Shown piece after piece: positions 1-10,100 of a stretch of 64,000 nt of DNA. Made by a program: the position numbers and the translations under genes. The number at the start of each line of letters is the position of its first letter. Positions within the stretch are counted from its first letter, which is position 1. Origin of the DNA: Candidatus Dormiibacterota bacterium (GTDB lineage: Bacteria > Chloroflexota > Dormibacteria > Aeolococcales > Aeolococcaceae); contig OY970355.1 in NCBI GenBank assembly GCA_963718525.1, forward strand, positions 3,104,001 through 3,168,000, read 5' to 3'. The notes under the pieces were generated by a model, which was not told the DNA's origin, did not search any database, and saw only the letters and a program-made list of their open reading frames with translations.

Positions 1-700
1 ACGCAGCCGCGAACGCGGCCATCGACGGGAAGGTCCAACCGGGACTCACTGTGACGCCCGGCGGAGGCGTTGCGCCCCACCCTGACTGCTCCCCGCGCCT
101 GTCGATCCACACGGTCGGCAGGCCGAGCTTCCTCGCCGGCACATGGTCGTGGAACAGGCTCTGCGCCACGTGCAGCAGCCGTCCCTCCTCGACGCCGAGC
201 CCACGAACCGTTTCCAGGAGAACCTCGAAGTTGCGTGGCGACGGCTTGTATGTGCCCACGTCCTGGGCGGTGACGATAGCGTCGAAGGTGACACCGAGTC
301 GCGCGTTGCTTCCTGCGAACGAGCCTCGGTCGACGTTTGACAGGATGACCAGCTTGTATCGCGCCGAGAGCGCTGCAAGCGCGGCCGCGGAGTCCGGGAA
401 CGCCGGCCAGTCCGCGACCGAGGTGGCAAGCCGCGCGCTCTCACCCGCGGAGACTTCGACACCCAGTGACGCACCGAGGCTGCGCATTGCAGCACCAAGG
501 ATTTCGGGATAGAGCGCCGCCGGAGACCGCTCCTCCTGACGCGCTTCCGCACTCGCGTACCGCTCGAGCAGCTCCTCAACACCGAGGCTGAGGTGGTGCT
601 CGCGCGCCCACGGGGTGAGCACCGCCTCGATGCCCGCCTCCCAGTCGATCAGGGTTCCATAGCAGTCGAAGCTCAGCACGTCGAAATCGGTGAGGTTCAT
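1..700 (-). CDS. Haloacid dehalogenase type II (HAD superfamily), 3' end beyond window edge
   Basis: Hand translation of the minus strand from ATG at 700: MNLTDFDVLSFDCYGTLIDWE..., later ILSNVD, YKPS and LHVAQSLFHDH motifs. Absent from the ORF track because it runs off the edge. Confidence 0.9.
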   Translation of the reverse strand, partial: MNLTDFDVLSFDCYGTLIDWEAGIEAVLTPWAREHHLSLGVEELLERYASAEARQEERSPAALYPEILGAAMRSLGASLGVEVSAGESARLATSVADWPAFPDSAAALAALSARYKLVILSNVDRGSFAGSNARLGVTFDAIVTAQDVGTYKPSPRNFEVLLETVRGLGVEEGRLLHVAQSLFHDHVPARKLGLPTVWIDRRGEQSGWGATPPPGVTVSPGWTFPSMAAFAAA

Positions 701-1119
701 CCGGCGTCTCGCCCTGTTGCGGCAGATGGCGACCGCAATATGAATCCGGACAGGATCAGCGCATTGACGACGATGGTGACAGCTCCTGGAATCGGTGTCG
801 TTGCAACGACAATCCACACCAATCCTAGGACGATCCACAGGCAGCAGAACACGAGCGCATTGGTACGCGCCGCAGCCGCGCCACGATGTACTGCTCGAGC
901 TGTCCAGATCCCCCAAGAGCCGGCGCCGACCATTGCCGCGCCCGCACCGACGGCCCAGCCGGCGACCACGCTCCCAAACCCTGGTTCGTCGACATTGACG
1001 ACCCCAGGGAGCCCGGTGCCGCCACGGAGAACGATGAGCCCACCCGCGATCAGCAGCGCACCCAGCAGAACCCATGCCGCGCTCTCGATCCAGAGCAGCA
1101 CCCGCGCCAGCTGACGCAT
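697..1119 (-). CDS. Small multi-pass membrane protein
   Basis: C-terminal part of ORF 697..2013 from MRQLARVLLW; about 4 hydrophobic segments; stop overlaps the HAD start (ATGA). Confidence 0.7.
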   Translation of the reverse strand: MRQLARVLLWIESAAWVLLGALLIAGGLIVLRGGTGLPGVVNVDEPGFGSVVAGWAVGAGAAMVGAGSWGIWTARAVHRGAAAARTNALVFCCLWIVLGLVWIVVATTPIPGAVTIVVNALILSGFILRSPSAATGRDAG

Positions 1120-2240
1120 CAGGTGTGTCCGCGTCCGGCAACGCCGTCCAGAACGATGCCAAGCGCCGCCATGAGGCCGCCATCCGCCGGCGTCGCGGGC
1201 TCGGCGACCGGTGGCGGCACCCCCTCGGCTGCTGATTGGTCGAGGCTCACCCGCACCGCGCCGCCGCTCACCTCGAGCTCGTAGCGATCCGGCGTGGTGG
1301 CGGCCCCGGGCGTCTCCCACCGAGTGTCCGCTATGGCGACGCGATTGTGGAAGTCGTCGAGATCCACTTGAACCGCGCCGCTCTTGAGCACCGCCGACAC
1401 CGCAGTTCCCGCGAGCCGCTGCAGTGAGACGCGGAACACGCCGCTCGAGATGTGGATCGGGACGACCCCTCGCGGACGCGGCAGCAGGCAGTCGACCTTG
1501 CTGGCGCTGCTGTCCATCTGGATCTCGCGTAGGTTGATGCCGCGCAGGTCGAGGTGCGTGTTCCATGTCGGACCCTGGACCTGGATTCGCCACGGATGTG
1601 CCGGGTTGATCTCGATCTCGCCGCGCTTCCCGCCGCGAAGCCTCCGGACGATCACGCGCTCCCCGCGCACCACGGTGGTGGGTGGCGCCACCGTGCCCTG
1701 GGGGATCCGGAAGAGTTCTTCCATTGAACCGCTCGCCTGGACGACGACGCCACGCGACCCCGAATCGATGGCGAGCGTGATCGTCGTGCCGGGTCCCGAC
1801 GCCCGATCGACTGGGCTCGTGGACGGTTGCGCCGCCACGAACCCGATCATCATCGCTGCCACGTCCGCAGCCGTCGCCGGGTCGACGCCGCCCGCGACGA
1901 TGGCCTTCGCAAGTCGGGCATGGACGGCGCTTCGCCGGATGGCTCCGGGAACCTCGTGCAGGATCCGATCCCCGTCGCGCTGACCGGCGATCTGTGCGGC
2001 GGTGGTCGCGCACAACGTGAGCGCCGCACGGCGCCAGTCGCGTCCTCGATCGGGCTGCGGGACCCGCGCCAGGAGCGCATCGGCGACGATCTCGAGGAGT
2101 TCACCGCGATCCCGAACGTGCCAGTACAGCGACGCTGCCTTGACCCCGCTCCGGTCCGCGAGCGTGCGCATCGTGAGCCCGTCCAGGCCGTCCTCCTGGA
2201 TCAGTTCAAGCGCGCTCTCCGCGAGGGTCGCGCGGTTCAT
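1119..2240 (-). CDS. TetR-family regulator with C-terminal beta-rich (LiaF/DUF2154-like) extension
   Basis: N-terminal HTH (GLDGLTMRTLADRSGVKAASLYWH), TetR_C-like region, then about 200 aa of beta-repeat-like sequence. Confidence 0.8.
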   Translation of the reverse strand: MNRATLAESALELIQEDGLDGLTMRTLADRSGVKAASLYWHVRDRGELLEIVADALLARVPQPDRGRDWRRAALTLCATTAAQIAGQRDGDRILHEVPGAIRRSAVHARLAKAIVAGGVDPATAADVAAMMIGFVAAQPSTSPVDRASGPGTTITLAIDSGSRGVVVQASGSMEELFRIPQGTVAPPTTVVRGERVIVRRLRGGKRGEIEINPAHPWRIQVQGPTWNTHLDLRGINLREIQMDSSASKVDCLLPRPRGVVPIHISSGVFRVSLQRLAGTAVSAVLKSGAVQVDLDDFHNRVAIADTRWETPGAATTPDRYELEVSGGAVRVSLDQSAAEGVPPPVAEPATPADGGLMAALGIVLDGVAGRGHT

Positions 2241-2301
2241 GCCCGCCGGATCGGCTTGTTCATTCGAAACCTGACTCCCTGATCGTACCTGGCGCCATCA
2301 C

Positions 2302-2359
2302 TTGACACACTAACATCGTTAGGGGTACATTTGCCGCCACATCGACCTAACAACGTTAG
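2302..2359 (+). promoter_or_regulatory. Sigma70-type promoter with two TetR operators CTAAC-N3-GTTAG
   Basis: TTGACA 2302-2307, TACATT 2326-2331; palindromes CTAACATCGTTAG 2310-2322 and CTAACAACGTTAG 2347-2359; divergent from tetR. Confidence 0.8.
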
Positions 2360-2375
2360 CTCAGAAGGATCGCCG

Positions 2376-2537
2376 ATGGCACACCACCTGCTCGTACTCG
2401 CCCTGATCTGGATCGCCTTCGCGGGCGTGGCCGGAACGGTCGCTGCAGCCGGTGCCGGACAGCGAGCGGTCGGCGCGGTCTCGACAGGCGGCGTGTTCCT
2501 CGCCGTCATCGGCTCCCTGTTGGTGTTCTTCGCGTGA
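2376..2537 (+). CDS. Small 2-TM membrane peptide (53 aa)
   Basis: ATG after AGAAGGA; hydrophobic; stop overlaps the GTG of the ABC ATPase. Confidence 0.6.
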   Translation: MAHHLLVLALIWIAFAGVAGTVAAAGAGQRAVGAVSTGGVFLAVIGSLLVFFA

Positions 2538-3523
2538 CCGCCGCCACCCCGGGATCCCTCGCCATCGAGGCCGCGCACCTCGAAAAGCACTACGCGAAGA
2601 CCATTCGCGCGCTGAGCGATCTGAGCTTTCGCGTGGAGCGCGGAACCATCTTCGCGCTGCTCGGACCCAACGGTGCCGGCAAGTCCACGGCCGTGAAGAT
2701 CCTGACAACGATGACCCGGCCGGATGCCGGCACCGCTCGCGTGGCAGGCATCGACGTCCTCGCCAACCCACAGCGCGTGCGTCGACTCATCGGGTGCGTC
2801 GCACAAAAGGACGCTGTCGACCTGGAGGCGACGGGCCGCGAGAACATCAGCCTGCAGGGACAGCTGTATGGCATGGCACACGGAGACCTCCGTCGCCGCA
2901 CTGCTGCGCTGCTCGACCAGTTCCAACTCACCGAGGCCGCCGACCGCGTGTCGCGCACCTACTCGGGCGGCATGCGCCGCAAGCTCGGTGTCGCCATGGG
3001 CCTCGTCCACAGCCCGGAGGTGCTCTTCTTCGATGAGCCGACGACGGGGCTGGATCCCGAGGCTCGGAGCGGCCTCTGGGGCGAGATCCACAGGCTCGCG
3101 ACGCGCGACGGAGTCACGGTGCTGCTGACCACGCATTATCTGGATGAAGCCGACCATCTCGCCCAGCGTGTGGCGATCATCGATCAGGGCCGTGTCGTCA
3201 CCGAGGGGACTCCGGACGAGCTCAAGAGTCAGCTGCGCGGCGATGCGATCAACATTCAGCTCGACGCCGACGCAGCCGTCGGTGCTGCGATTCGCGCGCT
3301 GAGCACGCGGAACGGGCGCCTGCGCCAGCTGACCGGCGAAGGGCGATCCGTACATGCCCGTGTTGACGACGGCGCCAGCTCGGTGCCGGAGGTGCTCGCC
3401 GCCCTCGATGCAGCCGGCGTCATGGTGACCGCCGTCACCGTGTCCCGCCCCTCACTTGACGACGTGTACCTCAGCCACACCGGGCGCAGTTTCAGCGCCG
3501 CCCACGCCGGAGAGCCGCGATGA
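2534..3523 (+). CDS. ABC exporter ATP-binding subunit (DrrA family)
   Basis: GPNGAGKST, YSGGMRR, DEPTTGLDP, LLTTHYLDEAD, PSLDDVYL. Confidence 0.95.
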   Translation: MTAATPGSLAIEAAHLEKHYAKTIRALSDLSFRVERGTIFALLGPNGAGKSTAVKILTTMTRPDAGTARVAGIDVLANPQRVRRLIGCVAQKDAVDLEATGRENISLQGQLYGMAHGDLRRRTAALLDQFQLTEAADRVSRTYSGGMRRKLGVAMGLVHSPEVLFFDEPTTGLDPEARSGLWGEIHRLATRDGVTVLLTTHYLDEADHLAQRVAIIDQGRVVTEGTPDELKSQLRGDAINIQLDADAAVGAAIRALSTRNGRLRQLTGEGRSVHARVDDGASSVPEVLAALDAAGVMVTAVTVSRPSLDDVYLSHTGRSFSAAHAGEPR

Positions 3524-4296
3524 GCACATTGGTGATGCAACCCACGCATGTGGCCGTCCGCTACCTGCGGGCGCTCTGGCGCCAGCCGATCTATGTCGTG
3601 ATGCAGCTGGTCCAGCCGGTGATCTGGCTGTTCCTGTTCGGGCAGCTGTTCAAAAACGTGGCCTCCCTGCCTGGGTTCGGCGGCGTCTCCTATATCGACT
3701 ACCTCGCGCCGGGAGTGCTGGTGATGAGCTCCCTGCTCTCCAATGGCTGGAGCGGCACGCTCTACCTCACCGACATGGAACGAGGCGTGCTCGATCGCTT
3801 CCTCGCCACCCCCGCGCGACGCAGCTCGTTCCTCGTCGGGCAACTAGGCTACTGGGCGACGCTCACCGTCATCCAATCGGTGATCCTCGTCGGTCTGGCC
3901 ATGCTCGGCGGCGCGCGGTTCGCCGGCGGCCCCATGAGCGTGCTGGCTCTGATCGCCGCGGCCGTCCTGCTCGGCTTGGTGATGGCGAGCTTCTCGAACG
4001 CGCTGGCTCTTCGGCTCCGCGATCAGAACACGGTGATTGCCGCCAACGTGATGCTCGTGCTCCCCCTGTGCTTCGTCTCGTCGGTCTTCCTCCCGCAAGG
4101 GCTCATGCCTCAGTGGATTCAGATCGTTGCTCGCTTCAACCCGGTCGACTGGGCGGTTGAGGCGGGCCGCCAGAGCATCGTCGCAAACGTCGATTGGTCG
4201 ATGGTGCTCACCAGGCTCGGCGGCCTTGCGGCGCTCGCGCTCGTGTTCGGATTGATCGCCGTCAGCTCGTTCCGCGCCTACCAGCGAGCCGTCTGA
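3520..4296 (+). CDS. ABC-2 type permease (DrrB family)
   Basis: QPVIWLFLFGQLF, about 6 TM segments, FNPVDW; coupled to the ATPase. Confidence 0.92.
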   Translation: MSTLVMQPTHVAVRYLRALWRQPIYVVMQLVQPVIWLFLFGQLFKNVASLPGFGGVSYIDYLAPGVLVMSSLLSNGWSGTLYLTDMERGVLDRFLATPARRSSFLVGQLGYWATLTVIQSVILVGLAMLGGARFAGGPMSVLALIAAAVLLGLVMASFSNALALRLRDQNTVIAANVMLVLPLCFVSSVFLPQGLMPQWIQIVARFNPVDWAVEAGRQSIVANVDWSMVLTRLGGLAALALVFGLIAVSSFRAYQRAV

Positions 4297-4337
4297 CATG
4301 TGGTGCAGGACGCAACCGGCGCGATAGTGTTCGCCGC

Positions 4338-5315
4338 GTGAAGCGGTACGACGACGGTCCTGCATACCTCGGTCCGACGACGTTCTGCCGCGTTCCGCTG
4401 CTCATGAACGCCGAGGACCTCGATGCGGTGCGGCCCGATGTCGCCATCATCGGGGCACCCTGGGACGACGGAGTCACGTACCGGCCCGGGGCGCGCTTCG
4501 GCCCTCGCGCGGTGCGGACCGCGTCGTATCAGAACGGCGAGTGGCATCTCGAGCTCGAGGTCGCGCCTCTCGAGGTGCTCCGCGTCGTCGACTACGGGGA
4601 CGCCCGGTGCCTGCCCGGCATGGCCGAGGCGTCGCACACGGCGATCCGCGAGCGTGTGGCCGAGGTCGCGGCACGGCACGTGATCCCGATGATCATCGGG
4701 GGCGACCACTCGATCACGTGGCCGGCCGCGACCGCCGTGGCGGCAGCGCATCCACCCGGAAGCGTCGGGATCGTGCATTTCGATGCGCACGCCGACACCG
4801 GTGACAGCGCCTGGGGAAACCTCTATTCGCACGGTTCGCCGATGCGCCGTCTCATCGAGTCCGGCGCGATCCCTGGGCGGAATTTCGTGCAGGTCGGGCT
4901 GCGAGGATACTGGCCTCCGAAGGACGTGTTCGACTGGATGCGGACGCAGGGGATGCGCTGGCACCTGATGGGCGAGCTTCGCGACCGCGGCGTTGTCACC
5001 GTTGTTGAAGACGCCATCGCAGAAGCTCTCGACGGACCGGAACACATCTATCTCTCGGTGGACATCGACGTGCTCGATCCGGGCTTCGCGCCGGGAACGG
5101 GGACGCCGGAACCGGGCGGCATGCAGCCAGTTGACCTGCTCAATGCCATCCGCCAGATCGTCCTGCGCACTGATGTCGTGGCCATGGACGTCGTCGAGGT
5201 GTCGCCACCCTACGATTGGGCCGAGCTGACCTCGCAGAACGCGAATCGATGCCTGCTCGAAGCCGTATCGGCGCTTGCGGTCAAACGTCGCGACAGCGCG
5301 GGCGCGAAGGACTGA
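4338..5315 (+). CDS. speB: Agmatinase / ureohydrolase
   Basis: RPGARFGP, GGDHSIT, HFDAHAD, SVDIDVLDPGFAPGTGTPEPGG; GTG start chosen by hand. Confidence 0.9.
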   Translation: MKRYDDGPAYLGPTTFCRVPLLMNAEDLDAVRPDVAIIGAPWDDGVTYRPGARFGPRAVRTASYQNGEWHLELEVAPLEVLRVVDYGDARCLPGMAEASHTAIRERVAEVAARHVIPMIIGGDHSITWPAATAVAAAHPPGSVGIVHFDAHADTGDSAWGNLYSHGSPMRRLIESGAIPGRNFVQVGLRGYWPPKDVFDWMRTQGMRWHLMGELRDRGVVTVVEDAIAEALDGPEHIYLSVDIDVLDPGFAPGTGTPEPGGMQPVDLLNAIRQIVLRTDVVAMDVVEVSPPYDWAELTSQNANRCLLEAVSALAVKRRDSAGAKD

Positions 5316-5430
5316 ACGCCCCGGAAGTCCAGCATGCAGGGGCTCGGCCCTTGTTCCTCCATCGAGGCGCGATGGTCGTCCAGGCGCGCTTTCAGGCGCA
5401 GAAGCGCCGGCGCGTCTATGCTCGCCGGCG

Positions 5431-6450
5431 ATGGCTGATGACGTCGTCATGGTCGAAGCCGCCGGTCGCGAGATCCCGATCACGAACCCGGGCAAGGTCT
5501 ATTTCAACGAACGGGGCGAGACCAAGCTCGACCTGGTCCGCTACTACCAGTCCGTCGAGGAGCCGCTGCTTCGCGCCATGGGCGGGCGCCCTGTGCTGCT
5601 TCAGCGCTTTCCCAACGGGGCCAGCGGCCCGTCGTTCTTTCAGAAGCGGGTCCCGGACTCACGTCCCGAATGGCTCGAGACCACGATCGTCAGCACACCG
5701 AACGGGACGACGTCGCGAGCCCTGGTCTCCGCCGACCTTGCGCACGTCCTGTGGGCGGTGAACCTCGGCTGCCTCGGCTTCCACGTATGGCCATCGAAGG
5801 CCTCCGACCCTGAGCACGCCGACGAGCTCCGCATCGATCTCGACCCGAGCCCCGGCGTGGTGTTCCCGATGGTGCAGGAGGCGGCCCGCGAAGTCCGCGC
5901 GCTCTTCGACGAGCTGGGGGTCGCGTGCCTCCCCAAAACCACCGGCAACCGCGGCATCCACGTCTACGTCCGGCTGGAACCCCGGTGGAGCTCTTATGAG
6001 GTGCGCTCTGCGGCCGTAGCAGTCGCGCGAGAGCTCGAACGCCGCAGGCCAGAGCTGATCACGGGTGCGTGGTGGAAGGAGGAACGGGGCCGGCGCGTCT
6101 TCGTCGACTTCAACCAGAACGCACCGCACAAGACCATCTTCGGCGCCTGGTCGGTTCGGGCTCGCCCCGGTGCTCAGGTCTCGACCCCGTTCGCGTGGGA
6201 CGAGATCAACTCGATCACACCGGACGTCCTGACCATCGTGACCGTCCCAACTCGCGTAGCGCAACTCGGCGACCCGTGGCTGCCGATGTCGATCGCACCG
6301 CAGTCGCTCGAACCTGTGCTCGCGCTCCACATCCGCGACACGGCGTCGGGCGCCCTCGACGCACCGTGGCCGCCGCAGTATCCGAAGATGCCGGGCGAGC
6401 CCTCACGCGTCGCGCCGAGCCGTGCGCGCAAACCCGAGCCGCTCTCGTGA
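5431..6450 (+). CDS. Stand-alone LigD polymerase domain / Prim-PolC-like protein
   Basis: ITNPGKVYF, RFPNG, FFQKRVP, ELRIDLDP, KTTGNRGIHV, VFVDFNQNA. Confidence 0.9.
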   Translation: MADDVVMVEAAGREIPITNPGKVYFNERGETKLDLVRYYQSVEEPLLRAMGGRPVLLQRFPNGASGPSFFQKRVPDSRPEWLETTIVSTPNGTTSRALVSADLAHVLWAVNLGCLGFHVWPSKASDPEHADELRIDLDPSPGVVFPMVQEAAREVRALFDELGVACLPKTTGNRGIHVYVRLEPRWSSYEVRSAAVAVARELERRRPELITGAWWKEERGRRVFVDFNQNAPHKTIFGAWSVRARPGAQVSTPFAWDEINSITPDVLTIVTVPTRVAQLGDPWLPMSIAPQSLEPVLALHIRDTASGALDAPWPPQYPKMPGEPSRVAPSRARKPEPLS

Positions 6451-6465
6451 CTCCCCGGCCGGTTG

Positions 6466-7683
6466 CTACGCGCCCGACCCGGTCCACTCCTCGCGGTGCT
6501 GCGGCTGGGCGAGAAAAGCGTCGCGAACCGCGCGCCGGACGGTATCGTCGAAGACGACGTCGGCGCCGATTCTGCCGAGCACCTCAGCGGCTTTGAGCAT
6601 CGCTTCCTCGCCACGCGACGACACAGCCGCCTCACGAAAGGCGTGGGTGTGCGGGCCGATGCCCTCGTTCGCAATGGCAAACTCGGGGTGGAGAGTCGGT
6701 GCCGCATACGAGACATCGCCGACATCGGTTGAGCCAGTGCGTTCCCAGGGGATGACGCGGTCCTCTCTGAGTCCGACCGCGGCGAGGTGCACGCTGGCAC
6801 GCTCGCCGAGCACGGAGTTCGAACGCAAGTCGAGGTAGGTCTCCTTCTCATCAAGCTGCAGGGTGCAGCCCGTCGCCTGAGCGGCCGCCTCGAAGATCGC
6901 GCGAAAGCGACCGTTCATGATGCGAAGATAGTCGCCGTCACGCGCACGCGTGAGGTATTCACCGCGCGTGAGCTCCGGGATGATGTTGGGAGCCGTGCCC
7001 CCCTCGATGATGAAACCGTGCACGCGTGCGTCGTCACGTAGCTGCTGCCGCCACAGCGACACACCGTTGTACGCATGGACGAACGCGTCCAGGGCATTGA
7101 TCCCGTGGTCGGGATTGCCCGCTGCGTGCGCAGCCTTCCCGCGGTAGGTCCACTCCCAGTGTGTGCACGCAAGCGCGTACTGCATCGACGCGGTGCGATC
7201 CGAGGGGTGAAAGATGAGCACTGCGTCGCAATCGTCGAACATCCCGTCGTGGCAGAGCGGAATCTTGCCGCCACCACCCTCCTCCGCCGGTGCGCCCACG
7301 ATCGTCACGCGAGCATCGACCCCTGCGTTGCTCAGTGAGTCCGCAAGAGCCAGACCCGCTCCCGCAGACGAGGTCGCGATGAGGTTGTGTCCGCAAGCGT
7401 GTCCAAGGCCTCGGAGCGCGTCGTACTCGCACACGAATGCGACGTGCGGTCCGCTCGTCCCGCGTCTCGCCACGAACGCGGTCGGCATCCCCGAGACACC
7501 ACGTTCCACCCGGAAGCCGTGCTGCTCGATCACACCACTGAGCAGACGCGATGACTCGAATTCCTCGTAGCCGATCTCTGCGAGCGCGTGTATCGCACGC
7601 GACGTGGTGATCAACTCGTCGGCGTGTGCGCCGGTGGCGTCATGGATCGCGTCGAGGAATTCGACGGGAACTGTTGTCGTCAT
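6466..7683 (-). CDS. M20 family amidohydrolase (AbgB-like)
   Basis: EYDAL, HACGHNLI, PAEEGGGGK, GKAAHAA, GSTDVGDVS. Confidence 0.92.
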   Translation of the reverse strand: MTTTVPVEFLDAIHDATGAHADELITTSRAIHALAEIGYEEFESSRLLSGVIEQHGFRVERGVSGMPTAFVARRGTSGPHVAFVCEYDALRGLGHACGHNLIATSSAGAGLALADSLSNAGVDARVTIVGAPAEEGGGGKIPLCHDGMFDDCDAVLIFHPSDRTASMQYALACTHWEWTYRGKAAHAAGNPDHGINALDAFVHAYNGVSLWRQQLRDDARVHGFIIEGGTAPNIIPELTRGEYLTRARDGDYLRIMNGRFRAIFEAAAQATGCTLQLDEKETYLDLRSNSVLGERASVHLAAVGLREDRVIPWERTGSTDVGDVSYAAPTLHPEFAIANEGIGPHTHAFREAAVSSRGEEAMLKAAEVLGRIGADVVFDDTVRRAVRDAFLAQPQHREEWTGSGA

Positions 7684-7715
7684 GCGCTTCTCCTCGCCCG
7701 CTATTGTGCACAAGC

Positions 7716-10073
7716 GTGGAGACCATCGAACGCCTCTACACGGAGGCCGAAGCGTCATTCCCGGACTGGGACGTGGTCAAGGACGTTGTCGACGAGTTCA
7801 TCGACCTCGCGCTCAACTATCGCCAGAGCGGGCACCCGGGTGGATCGCGCTCGAAGGTCCATCTCCTGCTCTCGACCATGCTGTCCGGCGCGATGCACTG
7901 GGACGTCCGCCGTCCGTGGCTGCCGTTTGGTGACCGGTTCGTCCTCTCGGCTGGACACACGGTTCCTGTCGTCTACGCAGCCCTTGCAGCGCTCAACGAG
8001 ACGCTTCGGCTCCGAGCAGCACGCGACCCCAATCCTGCCTTCACCCTGCCTGACGACGGGCGCTGGGCTCTGCTCCCCGAGCACCTCACCACCCTCCGGC
8101 ATCGCGGCGGACTACCGGGACATCCGGAGATGGCCGGGCGGAGCCTGTTTCTCAAGTTCAACACCGGTCCCTCCGGCCACGGTATGCCACCCGCCGCCGG
8201 CGAGGCCCTCGCGCTCAAGCTGGCCGGCGCCGGCGATGTGCGTGTCTTCGTCGTGGAGGGCGAAGGCGGTTTGACCGCCGGGGCGAGCCACGAGACGCGC
8301 AATGCGGCGTGGGGGCTGGGGCTCGCGAACCTCGTGTTCCTTGTCGACTGGAACGATTTCGGGATCGACGACTTCGCCGCGTCGTCGGTGGTCCCCGGAA
8401 CCCCCGAAACCTGGTTCGGGTCATACGGCTGGCGCGTGTCCGGCACCATGGAGGGATCCGAGTGGTCGCCGGTGACCAGGGCTGTGCTCGAGGCAGCGCG
8501 CGGCGAGAACCCCGAGCGCGTGCCGTCGGTGGCATGGTTCCGCACCCGCAAGGGTCGGGGGTACGGGAAGTACGACAGCAAGAGTCATGGCTCGCCGCAC
8601 GCCATGAACAGCGCGCCCTTCTGGGAAATCCGCCACGCGTTCATGGCGAAGTACGGCATGGGCTACGCCGGCGTGGACGAGCCCGCGCCGTCCGCCCCGG
8701 GCGCGATTCTCGAGCAGGCCGCTGAGAATCTGCGCCGGGCAGCCGGGGTGCTGGCGGCTCATCCCGCTGTGGTCGATGCGATTTCCGATCGGCTCATCGA
8801 GCTGGCTTCGCTGGTGCCGGAACGTATCGAGGGGCTGAAGGTCGGCGGTCATGGTGCCGACGTCTTCAGCGATCCACGGCTGACCGACTTCCACAGTTAC
8901 CCGGACGCGATGTACCGGAAACCCGGCGAGAAGCAGGCGAACCGCACCGCGTTCGGCGCCTGGAGCTCGTGGGTGAACGCGACCGCGCTCCGCGACTACG
9001 ATCGCCCGCTGTTCATCGCCGCCTCGGCGGACCTCGCCGATTCGACGAACCTCTCCGGTTTCGGCAAGGACTTCGGCGACCTGCCCGGTTCCGGTTGGTA
9101 CCAGCGTGACTCCAATCCGGCAGGGGCGCTGCTCCCGACTGAGATCACCGAGTTCACCAATGCCGGGATGATCGCGGGGCTTGCCACCGTGAACCTGGCA
9201 GGGGACCCGTTCAACTCCTTCAACGGTTTCTGGGGCGCGTGTTCCACGTACGGTTCGTTCAGCTACCTGAAATACGGCGAGATGCGACTGTTCAGCCAGC
9301 TCGCCCAGGACTGCGAGCTGAAGGTTGGCAGGGTGCTCTGGGTGGCCGGCCACTCGGGCCCGGAGACCGCAGAGGACTCGCGAACGCACTTCGGGATCTA
9401 CGAGCCTGGTGTGACCCAGCTCTTCCCCGAGGGAAAGGTCGTCGACCTGCACCCGTGGGAGTACAACGAGGTGCCGGTGGTGCTCGCGGCCGCGCTGGCA
9501 ACCGATGTACCGATCATCGCCCTCCATCTCACGCGACCGGCGATCGAGCTGCCCGATCGAGTGGCGCTCGGCATGCCGAGTCATTTCGAGGCGGCGCGCG
9601 GCGCGTATGTGCTTCGTGCCTTCCGCGCCGACCTGCCTGGGATGGGGACCGTGTTTGTGCAGGGTACGACGACAACTGCGAATCTCGTCAAGGCCTTGCC
9701 GGATCTTGACAGGCTTGGCCTCAACGTGAAGATCGTGGCTGCGATCAGCCCACAGCTGTTTCGTCTGCAGCCCGCGGAGTACCGCGAGAGCGTGATCGGC
9801 CCTGCAGACCGCCTCGATGCCATGGCGATCACCAACCGCACCGTCAAGCTCATGCGCGACTGGGTCGACGGGCCGCTGGGCGCGGAGTATTCGATGGGGG
9901 CGGATTGGGATGACCGGTGGCGGACCGGCGGCTCTGTGGACGAGGTCATGGACGAGGCGCACCTGACGACACCGCACATCCTCGAGGGTATCGGCCGGTT
10001 CGTGCGCGATCGCGAGAGCAGACTCCGGCGACTTCACGACCTGGTCGCCGCGGCGGATCGCGGGGAGTCGTAG
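7716..10073 (+). CDS. Transketolase-like ThDP enzyme (atypical, about 785 aa)
   Basis: SGHPGGS, DRFVLSAGH, LPGHPE, TGPSGHG, SADLADST, HSGPETAEDSRTH; ThDP motif reads GEG...WND. Confidence 0.85.
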   Translation: METIERLYTEAEASFPDWDVVKDVVDEFIDLALNYRQSGHPGGSRSKVHLLLSTMLSGAMHWDVRRPWLPFGDRFVLSAGHTVPVVYAALAALNETLRLRAARDPNPAFTLPDDGRWALLPEHLTTLRHRGGLPGHPEMAGRSLFLKFNTGPSGHGMPPAAGEALALKLAGAGDVRVFVVEGEGGLTAGASHETRNAAWGLGLANLVFLVDWNDFGIDDFAASSVVPGTPETWFGSYGWRVSGTMEGSEWSPVTRAVLEAARGENPERVPSVAWFRTRKGRGYGKYDSKSHGSPHAMNSAPFWEIRHAFMAKYGMGYAGVDEPAPSAPGAILEQAAENLRRAAGVLAAHPAVVDAISDRLIELASLVPERIEGLKVGGHGADVFSDPRLTDFHSYPDAMYRKPGEKQANRTAFGAWSSWVNATALRDYDRPLFIAASADLADSTNLSGFGKDFGDLPGSGWYQRDSNPAGALLPTEITEFTNAGMIAGLATVNLAGDPFNSFNGFWGACSTYGSFSYLKYGEMRLFSQLAQDCELKVGRVLWVAGHSGPETAEDSRTHFGIYEPGVTQLFPEGKVVDLHPWEYNEVPVVLAAALATDVPIIALHLTRPAIELPDRVALGMPSHFEAARGAYVLRAFRADLPGMGTVFVQGTTTTANLVKALPDLDRLGLNVKIVAAISPQLFRLQPAEYRESVIGPADRLDAMAITNRTVKLMRDWVDGPLGAEYSMGADWDDRWRTGGSVDEVMDEAHLTTPHILEGIGRFVRDRESRLRRLHDLVAAADRGES

Positions 10074-10100
10074 CGCCGCATCACGGCAAAGGCGTCTGCG

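Noticed and set aside
5431-6450. Complete NHEJ system
   Set aside because: Only the polymerase domain is present; no Ku or ligase in the window.
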